A DNA stretch of 64,000 nt, from positions 5,898 through 69,897 of the forward strand of contig CAYOTA010000007.1 in NCBI GenBank assembly GCA_964406795.1, written 5' to 3'. This DNA comes from an uncultured Gammaproteobacteria bacterium. GTDB lineage: Bacteria > Patescibacteriota > Microgenomatia > Levybacterales > GWA1-39-11. The translations under genes were made by a program, and so were the position numbers. Under the pieces are notes generated by a model. It did not search any database. It saw only the letters and a program-made list of their open reading frames with translations, and was not told where the DNA came from. Position 1 is the stretch's first letter. Each line of letters opens with the position of its first letter. Positions 19,372 to 26,742 of the stretch are shown in pieces.

Positions 19372-20417
19372 TTTTTGTGTGCTTGAATCATATCCAAGAA
19401 TGTATCAAATAACCACTCTGTGTCATGCGGTCCCGGATAACTTTCAGGATGAAACTGTACTGACATAAAAGGAAGCGTTTTATGTCTTATCCCTTCATTT
19501 GTGTTGTCATTTGCATTAATAAACCATTCTGTAAATCCAGGCGGAATTTTTCCTACTGCAAATCCATGATTTTGAGTAGTTATAAAACATCGTTTTGTTC
19601 CAACCTGAATACAAGGTTGATTTTGGCTTCTATGTCCAAACTTTAATTTATACGTGTCTCCCCCGGCAGCTAATGCAAGTAATTGGTTTCCCAAGCAAAT
19701 CCCAAAAGTAGGTATTTTTAAATCTAGGACTTTTTTTATTATCTCAATAGTTTTGGCGGCCATTTTAGGATCCCCAGGACCATTTGAAATCATAACACCA
19801 TCCGGTTTTATTCCGTTTGCTAAAAAATCATAATCCCATGGGACTGTTGTAACAGTTGTATCTCGCTTTAATAAACTTCTTTCAATATTGCGCTTTGCCC
19901 CACAATCAATTAAAACAATTTTCTTTTTCCCTTTTCCTTTTGTTTGTGGGGTTGTGTTTGATACTTGCGCTACTAAATTTTCTAAATTTGGATCGTATTG
20001 CTTGACGTCCTTTCCAATAATAATTTTGCCTAACATAGTACCATGTTCACGTAATTTTTGGGCGATAAACCTAGTGTCAGATATTTCTAATGCCGGAATC
20101 CCTTCTTCTTTGAGCCAGGAAGACAAGCTCATATTTCCGTGCGGATGAGAGTATTTGTCCACATAGTTGCACACAATAATTCCTTTTACGTGAATTTTGC
20201 TGCTTTCAAAAAACTTTTTATCAAAGATTCCATAATTACCTATGAGAGGGTAGGTGAAAACTAAAATCTGTCCTGCATAAGAAGGGTCTGTCATACTCTC
20301 AGGATACCCTACCATACCGGTTGCAAATACAATTTCGCCGGATGTAGAAATATCTTTCCCAAAAGAAATTCCCTCCATTACTGTTCCGTCTTCAAAGAAT
20401 AATTTTCCTTTTGTCAT
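19368..20417 (-). CDS. carA: Carbamoyl-phosphate synthase small (glutaminase) subunit
   Basis: CarA N-domain plus class-I glutamine amidotransferase (GICLGNQLL catalytic Cys, HPE near the C-terminus). Confidence 0.95.
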   Translation of the reverse strand: MTKGKLFFEDGTVMEGISFGKDISTSGEIVFATGMVGYPESMTDPSYAGQILVFTYPLIGNYGIFDKKFFESSKIHVKGIIVCNYVDKYSHPHGNMSLSSWLKEEGIPALEISDTRFIAQKLREHGTMLGKIIIGKDVKQYDPNLENLVAQVSNTTPQTKGKGKKKIVLIDCGAKRNIERSLLKRDTTVTTVPWDYDFLANGIKPDGVMISNGPGDPKMAAKTIEIIKKVLDLKIPTFGICLGNQLLALAAGGDTYKLKFGHRSQNQPCIQVGTKRCFITTQNHGFAVGKIPPGFTEWFINANDNTNEGIRHKTLPFMSVQFHPESYPGPHDTEWLFDTFLDMIQAHKK

Positions 20418-21373
20418 GTTGTTTTTCCTAATAAAAGGGCAAGTAGCGCCATTCTAACATATACACCATTTTTCATTTGTGTTGAAAGATATAATGCATT
20501 AGGATTTTTATCAACGCGGGTATCTATTTCTCCAACTCTCGGCAACGGATGCATAAAATATGTATCTTTTGAAGCGTATGTCTTGATTAATTCAGGTGTT
20601 AGGACAAGAGAATGTTTGAGTTTTTCGTACTCTTTCTCATCTGTGAATCGTTCTTTTTGAACCCGTGTCCAATACCAGAAGTCAGCACTTTTTGGAATGT
20701 CTTTCGTGCTAGTAATCTCAATAAGCTTAATTGATTTTGAAAATGCTTCCAGTTCTACTTTTTTTATTTTTAGTTTTTCAGGAGATAATAAATACAATGT
20801 GTTATTGCTAAAAAGAGAAAGCCCGCGGATTAGGGATTTAACTGTTCTTCCATTTAGCATGTCGCCAGCTAATACTCCGGTTAAGTTATCCAATTTTTTA
20901 GAGCGCTCATAAATTGTATATAAATCTAATAACGTTTGAGTGGGGTGTTCATTTGTGCCGTCTCCAGCGTTAATTATTGGAATTGTGGCGGCGTCTGCTG
21001 CAATTTTTGCACTTCCTGCTTCTGGGTGTCTTATCACAATAAGATCGGAATAGCTTTCTAAAACATGAATCGTGTCTTCAAGACTTTCTCCCTTTGCAAC
21101 TGATGTATTTGAAATTCCGTGGATGGGTAAAATTCCCGCACCTAATTGTTGAGCTGCTGATGCAAAAGATGAAAAAGTTCTAGTGGATGGTTCGTAAAAT
21201 AAAAGGGATATTATTTTTCCTGAAAGAATATCAGAAGGTTTGCCAAATTCTCGCAAAGGTTTTAATTTTTTTGCAGTTTCTAAAACTTTCTTAATATCAG
21301 CTGACGAAAACTGGTCAAGGGAGAGTATGTGGGAGTTAATAAATTTTCCTGCAATTTTATTAGTTGTTACCAT
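20414..21373 (-). CDS. pyrB: Aspartate carbamoyltransferase catalytic subunit
   Basis: STRTFSSF (STRTR) and HPLP motifs. Likely start at MVTTNK (21373), giving about 319 aa; the ORF-track start at 21481 adds 36 non-conserved residues. Confidence 0.85.
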   Translation of the reverse strand: MVTTNKIAGKFINSHILSLDQFSSADIKKVLETAKKLKPLREFGKPSDILSGKIISLLFYEPSTRTFSSFASAAQQLGAGILPIHGISNTSVAKGESLEDTIHVLESYSDLIVIRHPEAGSAKIAADAATIPIINAGDGTNEHPTQTLLDLYTIYERSKKLDNLTGVLAGDMLNGRTVKSLIRGLSLFSNNTLYLLSPEKLKIKKVELEAFSKSIKLIEITSTKDIPKSADFWYWTRVQKERFTDEKEYEKLKHSLVLTPELIKTYASKDTYFMHPLPRVGEIDTRVDKNPNALYLSTQMKNGVYVRMALLALLLGKTT

Positions 21374-21485
21374 TATTTCTCTAAAGTATGCGTTTCTTGA
21401 ATCCAACTTTATCAAAAATAGGGTATTAATACAAGGTTTATTACATTGTTCAACAAATCTTATTGAATAACCTCTTGACAAGAAT

Positions 21486-21512
21486 TAGCAGTCATGTTAT
21501 ATTATTGCTAAG
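21486..21512 (+). promoter_or_regulatory. Degenerate CIRCE-like inverted repeat upstream of hrcA
   Basis: TTAGCAGTC-atgttatat-TATTGCTAA has 3 mismatches to the CIRCE consensus but the correct N9 spacing. Confidence 0.4.
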
Positions 21513-21594
21513 TTGCTGGAAGATAGAATGTTGAACATAGAATATTGATTTTTATTAAAAATTTCTACATTCTGCTTTCTACATTCTATATTCT

Positions 21595-22317
21595 ATGTAT
21601 GACTTAACGCCACGACAGGTAGACATTTTAAAACTGATCGTAAAAGAGTACATTGACAACGCAGAGCCAGTTGGGTCAGAAACACTTGAAAAAAAACATG
21701 ACATAGGTGTTTCTCCGGCAACCATTAGAAACGAAATGGCAAACATGGTAAAGCTTGGATATTTGTCCAAGCCGCATACATCTGCTGGAAGAATTCCCAC
21801 AACCAAAGCTTTAAAACTTTACATCAATGAATTGATGAAAGAAAAAGAAGTATCAGTTGCTGACGAAGTTCAGGCGCGTGAGCATGTGTGGGACTTACGT
21901 AAAACTGAAGATAAATTTTTGCGCGAAATAACACGGGATTTAGCCGCAAAAACACATTCTTTAGCGGTTACAACCACAGATGATGGAGACATATACTATG
22001 CAGGATACGCTCACATTTTAGAAATGCCTGAGTTTTATGATATAGACATTGCTAAAAATTTGTTAGCCATTTTAGATAACAGTTCACATTTTGAGATGAT
22101 TGCAAAAAAAATTGAAAACGATTTTGGAATTTTCTTAGGAGATGAACTGGAGCTGGAATTATTTAGACCGTACAGTTTTATCTTTTCACGATTTGACACA
22201 AAAAGTCATTGTGCTGGATCAATCGGAGTTGTAGGACCGGCTCGTGTTAAATATGATTCGCTTGTTCCAACAGTCAAATTTTTTGGAGGACTAATTGACG
22301 ATGTTGCTGAGTGGTAA
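21595..22317 (+). CDS. hrcA: Heat-inducible transcription repressor HrcA (short, about 240 aa)
   Basis: N-terminal wHTH LTPRQVDILKLIVKEYIDNAEPVGSETL is a classic HrcA signature. It is followed by grpE and dnaK. Confidence 0.85.
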   Translation: MYDLTPRQVDILKLIVKEYIDNAEPVGSETLEKKHDIGVSPATIRNEMANMVKLGYLSKPHTSAGRIPTTKALKLYINELMKEKEVSVADEVQAREHVWDLRKTEDKFLREITRDLAAKTHSLAVTTTDDGDIYYAGYAHILEMPEFYDIDIAKNLLAILDNSSHFEMIAKKIENDFGIFLGDELELELFRPYSFIFSRFDTKSHCAGSIGVVGPARVKYDSLVPTVKFFGGLIDDVAEW

Positions 22318-22354
22318 TGGGAAGAGGGAAAATTTGGAATACAGAATGTAGAAT

Positions 22355-22891
22355 ATGGACACAAAAGTAATAAAACAAAAAAAGGATGAAGAGATAGACA
22401 CGCAAGATTTAGAATTGGATGACAAAAATGCAGAAGAAGAGGTAATTGTAGAAGACGAAGAAAATGTAGTGCAGGATAATGCACTTGAGGAAAAGGTGAA
22501 AAGCTTGGAAGACCAGTTAAAACGAGCAGTTGCAGATTATAGAAATTTAGAAAACCGAAACAGAGAAGAACGGATAGAATTTGTAAAGTATGCAAATAAA
22601 AATTTGATAGAACAGTTGTTGCCGGCATTTGACACGTTGTTGTTGGCCGAAAAGTATACGGATGATCAAAACTTTAAAGTAACAGTGAAACACGTTTTGG
22701 AAGTTTTAAAGCAGGCGGGAATTGAACGGGTTGAAACGTCAGGGAAAAATTACAATCCGGTGACAATGGAAGCAATAGAAGTAGTAGAAGGAGATACAGA
22801 CAAAGTAGCTGAAGAGCTGCAGCCGGGATTCACTCTATTTGGTAAAACAATAAGACCTGCAAGAGTAAAAGTAGGCGGGAAAAAAGAGTAG
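22355..22891 (+). CDS. grpE: Nucleotide exchange factor GrpE
   Basis: Acidic N-terminus, a coiled coil, and a C-terminal GrpE beta-domain (FDP...AMEP-like motifs). Confidence 0.85.
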   Translation: MDTKVIKQKKDEEIDTQDLELDDKNAEEEVIVEDEENVVQDNALEEKVKSLEDQLKRAVADYRNLENRNREERIEFVKYANKNLIEQLLPAFDTLLLAEKYTDDQNFKVTVKHVLEVLKQAGIERVETSGKNYNPVTMEAIEVVEGDTDKVAEELQPGFTLFGKTIRPARVKVGGKKE

Positions 22892-22979
22892 TAAGTAGCA
22901 GGTATTATGTAGAAAGTATATCTTGAATTTTTTCTATACTTAATACATACTACTTAATACGTAATATATTTTTAAAAAT

Positions 22980-24917
22980 ATGAGCAAAATTATAGGAATT
23001 GATTTAGGAACAACAAATTCATGTGTAGCCGTTATGGAGGGTGGAGCGCCAAAGGTTATATTCTCTGCCGAAGGCCGAAATGTTACACCATCTGTTGTTG
23101 ATCCAGTTGACCGTGTGGTAGGTGACGTTGCAAAGCGCCAAATGGTCTTAAAGCCAAAGCGCATTCTCTTCTCCATCAAAAGACTTATGGGTAGACGTTT
23201 TAAGGATAAGTCTGTCCAAGATGATTTAAAACTTTTACCATACACAGTTAAAGAAGGAAAAGAAGGAACAGCAGTTGTAGAAGTGGACGGAAAAACTTAC
23301 ACGCCTCAAGAAGTGTCTGCTATGATTTTGCAAAAATTAAAAGCAGATGCTGAATCATACTTGGGTGACAAAGTAACTCAGGCAGTTATTACAGTTCCTG
23401 CATACTTTGATGACGCAGAGCGCCAAGCAACAAAACAGGCTGGAGAAATTGCCGGACTTGAAGTGTTACGTATTGTAAATGAACCTACAGCAGCAGCGCT
23501 AGCTTACGGGTTGGACAAAAAGCATGCGCATACTATTGCAGTATATGACATGGGAGGCGGAACATTTGATGTTTCCATTCTTGAACTGGGAGACGGCGTG
23601 TATGAAGTAAAAGCAACCAACGGAGATACTCATCTGGGTGGAGATGACTTTGACCAAAAAATAATAGGATATTTAGCTGACGAATTTAAAAAGGAAAACG
23701 GAATTGACTTACGATCTGATCCTCAAGCACTACAAAGACTGAAAGAATCTGCTGAAAAAGCAAAGATTGAATTATCCAGTTCAACAGAGGCAGAAATTAA
23801 CCAGCCATTTATAACTCAAGGTCCCAACGGTCCACTTCACTTAACTATGAAGTTAACACGCGCAAAGCTGGAAGATATTGTTGGAGATCTTATCACCAAA
23901 TCATTTAAACCTGCAGCAGACGCGCTAAAAGATGCAGGCCTTAAGGCAGCTGACATAAATGAAGTTATTTTGGTGGGTGGTATGACTAGAATGCCAAAGA
24001 TTGTTGAAGAAGTTGGAAAATTCTTTGGAAAAGAACCTAATAAGTCAGTTAATCCTGACGAGGTTGTAGCTATTGGTGCGGCAGTCCAAGCAGGAGTACT
24101 AGGTGGAGACGTTAAAGACGTATTACTTTTGGATGTGACCCCATTAACACTTGGAATTGAAACACTAGGCGGAGTAGCTACCCCACTTATTAATAGAAAT
24201 TCCACAATTCCTACCAAAAAATCACAAGTTTTCTCAACTGCAGCTGATAACCAAACTCAAGTAGAAATACATGTAACCCAGGGCGAGCGTCCTATGGCAG
24301 CAGATAACAAATCACTTGGCCGCTTTGTACTTGACGGGATTCCTCCGGCTCCTCGCGGAGTACCACAAGTTGAAGTTACTTTTGACATAGATGCGTCAGG
24401 AATACTGTCAGTAACTGCAAAAGACAATGCGAGTGGTAAAACTCAGAGTATTAAGATTACAGGAGGTACAGGTCTGTCTAAAGATGAAGTAGAAAGGATG
24501 ACAAAAGAGGCTGAGGCAAATGCCGAAGAAGATGAAAAGAAAAAGGAAATGATAGATGTTAGAAATAGGGCTGATTCACTTATTTTTACCGCTGAAAAGT
24601 CATTGAAAGATCTAGGAGATAAAGTTCCAGCTGAGATTAAGACTGATGTTGAGGCAAAAATAGTTGCTCTTAAAGAGGCTATAAAAGGAGAAGATAAAGC
24701 AGATATTGAGGCTAAAACAACAGAACTTTCAGACCATTTATCAAAAATAGGAGAGTCTATGCAGCAACAACAGCCAGGAGGACAGCCTGCAGGTGAGCAA
24801 CCAGGTGCAGAGTCATCAGCAGGTGAAACAGCGAGTGCCGATACAGGTGAAGAAGCGAAAGAGGAAAAAGATAAAAAAGCAAAAGAAGAAGCAGTTGAGG
24901 GAGAAGTAGTAAATTAA
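22980..24917 (+). CDS. dnaK: Hsp70 chaperone DnaK
   Basis: [14 protein letters not shown] and DMGGGTFD; full Hsp70 NBD plus SBD. Confidence 0.97.
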   Translation: MSKIIGIDLGTTNSCVAVMEGGAPKVIFSAEGRNVTPSVVDPVDRVVGDVAKRQMVLKPKRILFSIKRLMGRRFKDKSVQDDLKLLPYTVKEGKEGTAVVEVDGKTYTPQEVSAMILQKLKADAESYLGDKVTQAVITVPAYFDDAERQATKQAGEIAGLEVLRIVNEPTAAALAYGLDKKHAHTIAVYDMGGGTFDVSILELGDGVYEVKATNGDTHLGGDDFDQKIIGYLADEFKKENGIDLRSDPQALQRLKESAEKAKIELSSSTEAEINQPFITQGPNGPLHLTMKLTRAKLEDIVGDLITKSFKPAADALKDAGLKAADINEVILVGGMTRMPKIVEEVGKFFGKEPNKSVNPDEVVAIGAAVQAGVLGGDVKDVLLLDVTPLTLGIETLGGVATPLINRNSTIPTKKSQVFSTAADNQTQVEIHVTQGERPMAADNKSLGRFVLDGIPPAPRGVPQVEVTFDIDASGILSVTAKDNASGKTQSIKITGGTGLSKDEVERMTKEAEANAEEDEKKKEMIDVRNRADSLIFTAEKSLKDLGDKVPAEIKTDVEAKIVALKEAIKGEDKADIEAKTTELSDHLSKIGESMQQQQPGGQPAGEQPGAESSAGETASADTGEEAKEEKDKKAKEEAVEGEVVN

Positions 24918-25152
24918 ATGAAGTAACTGCTTGGTATCGTTATAATATTTCTCTGTGGTCTGATTATAATCGCAGTTCGTTTGATTGGTGTTGTTTCAGG
25001 TGGGGATAGTTGGAGGGATTTTATAAAAAATAGTGCTTTTGGATTCGTTTTTTTGTCAATTGGTGGAGCATTTTTATCTCGAAAAAAGAAATAATTCATC
25101 TTAGACCTCTTTTATTTATTGAATTTATTTTCTCCTGTGGTAATATATTATT

Positions 25153-25395
25153 ATGAAGAAAAAAGCAGATGGATTGGATTTAGTTACCAAAGAATATTTA
25201 GACTTTACTCTTAGTACTAGGTTTGATGATTTTGAAGAAAAAATGAGGATCCTTTTTACTGAAAATAACAGTGTCATTTTTACTCGTATCGATCCATTAT
25301 TGTCTGAGCTAGAAGATAAAAGATTGGATAGAGAAATTACTACGCAAAAATTAGAAGAGCTTGATGCTCGAGTTACAAAACTTGAGAATAGTTAA
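25153..25395 (+). CDS. Small coiled-coil protein, unknown function
   Basis: 80-aa ORF with heptad-like charged repeats and no motif. Confidence 0.3.
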   Translation: MKKKADGLDLVTKEYLDFTLSTRFDDFEEKMRILFTENNSVIFTRIDPLLSELEDKRLDREITTQKLEELDARVTKLENS

Positions 25396-25552
25396 TTTTA
25401 TAGTATAATTATTAATATGAAATTTGCATCATTACCAATGCCTACGCGAGACATCCCTATGGGAATGGGATGTCATGTGCGTGGGAGACAGATGTAGCTA
25501 ATAACTACTAACTAATAACTGAAATAGGCCTCCCACAAAGGGGAGGTTTTTT
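25379..25552 (+). promoter_or_regulatory. Putative promoter plus structured leader ending in an intrinsic terminator 12 nt before the next start codon
   Basis: TTGAGA-16nt-TATAAT at 25379-25406. An 8-bp hairpin GACATCCC/GGGATGTC sits at about 25452-25479. The terminator stem CCTCCC-acaaag-GGGAGG plus T7 is at 25527-25552. TGGGAG at about 25490 could pair with the terminator arm CTCCCA as an antiterminator. Confidence 0.45.
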
Positions 25553-25564
25553 TGTGTTTAAAAT

Positions 25565-25936
25565 ATGACTACAAAAATTGAATTAGGAAGCTATACAACT
25601 ATTCGATTGAAAAACAATGGAGTAAGGTCTGAGGAGTACAGGATATCTTCCGAACGTACTCTTATGGGTAAAATTCCTGACGAGCCTGGCGAGTATGACA
25701 TAGTAGGAGGAAAAATTTCAATGGGGTTTAGCAGTGACAATAATGGGCATAAATTTGTTGATTTAGGATTAGAAGCTAATAATAACCTTGGGCGTTTCTT
25801 AAAGGGCGGAAAAGAGAGAAGCGTGTGCATTTCAAATAAAGGGGAAGGTCATATATTTCTTCCAAAAGGAAGAGTTTTATTTGTTGCAACACAAGCAGCT
25901 GCTGAAACATTTACGGTTATTGATAGGAAAAAATAA
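25565..25936 (+). CDS. Hypothetical protein
   Basis: 123-aa ORF directly downstream of the structured leader, with no motif. Confidence 0.35.
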   Translation: MTTKIELGSYTTIRLKNNGVRSEEYRISSERTLMGKIPDEPGEYDIVGGKISMGFSSDNNGHKFVDLGLEANNNLGRFLKGGKERSVCISNKGEGHIFLPKGRVLFVATQAAAETFTVIDRKK

Positions 25937-25948
25937 TACTTAGGAAAA

Positions 25949-26371
25949 TTATTTTAGTAATTCCATTTTTCCATTTAAAATAATTGGCTCCATGGCTGAG
26001 ATTTCATCATGGAATGGATCGGATTTAGGATATTTGTTCAGTATATACATCTTAATCCCGGCATTAAACGCTATTCCCATTTCCATGAGTGCGTTTCCAC
26101 CTATGTATCCTCTCATTCCATTTTTTGTATTATTTACAATTAAGATTAAATCTGACTGGGCTATTTTATCAAAGTGAAGCTTGATAAATTTTCCTTTGTC
26201 TTTGGGTTTTAGATTTTGCCTGAAATGTTTTGGGTCATAGTCATTTTTCTCCTTCATGATCAAGGCTGAGGCGGGGTAAAGCACTTTATACCCTTTTTTC
26301 TCAAGCTTATCTCCTATTTTTAGCACCTCTTTATAAAATGACATAGAGGAGCAAATCGTAATTGTCATCAT
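25949..26371 (-). CDS. Nucleoside 2-deoxyribosyltransferase-like (Rossmann-like) protein
   Basis: LILIVNN...GNALMEMGIAFNAGIKMYIL resembles the D.GTAFE.GYA.A.GKPV core of the Nuc_deoxyrib_tr superfamily. Tentative. Confidence 0.35.
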   Translation of the reverse strand: MMTITICSSMSFYKEVLKIGDKLEKKGYKVLYPASALIMKEKNDYDPKHFRQNLKPKDKGKFIKLHFDKIAQSDLILIVNNTKNGMRGYIGGNALMEMGIAFNAGIKMYILNKYPKSDPFHDEISAMEPIILNGKMELLK

Positions 26372-26427
26372 GAAGCTAGTATAGCTTAAAAAAGATTGTG
26401 TAGTGTAAGTTTTTTATGCTACTATAA

Positions 26428-26739
26428 GTGTATATGGCTGCAGGTGTGCCTTGCAAAATTAATGAAGTGCAGACAGATTTCGGTTGTTTACCAAATGAGC
26501 CTGTTCCGTTTATCGCAAAATTTTACGGAATAGGACTGGGTCTTATTGGAGGTATAGCTATATTGTTTCTCATCTACGGCGGGTATACGGTTATGACATC
26601 TGCAGGACGCCCTGATAGACTGCAAAAAGGTAAGGAATATATTTATTATTCTATTGCAGGTTTATTATTGGCTATTTTTGGATTTGTCTTTATAGAATTT
26701 ATTGCAGGACCGTTGCTGAGAATTCCCGGATTTTCATAG
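26428..26739 (+). CDS. Small two-TM hairpin protein, VirB2/TrbC-like T4SS pilin candidate
   Basis: 103 aa with an N-terminal Cys pair (CKINEVQTDFGC), then two hydrophobic helices separated by SAGRPDRLQKGKE, matching the TrbC/VirB2-like topology. It lies immediately upstream of the VirB6-like gene. Confidence 0.4.
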   Translation: MYMAAGVPCKINEVQTDFGCLPNEPVPFIAKFYGIGLGLIGGIAILFLIYGGYTVMTSAGRPDRLQKGKEYIYYSIAGLLLAIFGFVFIEFIAGPLLRIPGFS

Positions 26740-26742
26740 TAT

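Noticed and set aside
21579-21806. 75-aa minus-strand ORF overlapping the hrcA start
   Set aside because: It overlaps the conserved HrcA N-terminal wHTH coding region on the other strand and has no supporting features.
22892-22979. Repeated TACTTAATAC motifs and an AGAAAGTATA/TATACTT inverted repeat in the grpE-dnaK spacer
   Set aside because: The region is AT-rich with short repeats of the kind expected by composition. There is no consensus match to CIRCE or another known operator, which is too weak to call.
24914-25099. 61-aa minus-strand ORF just after dnaK
   Set aside because: The translation is Pro/Ile-rich with no start context. The plus strand of the same region could encode a short hydrophobic peptide, but it has no ATG/GTG/TTG start, so neither was called.
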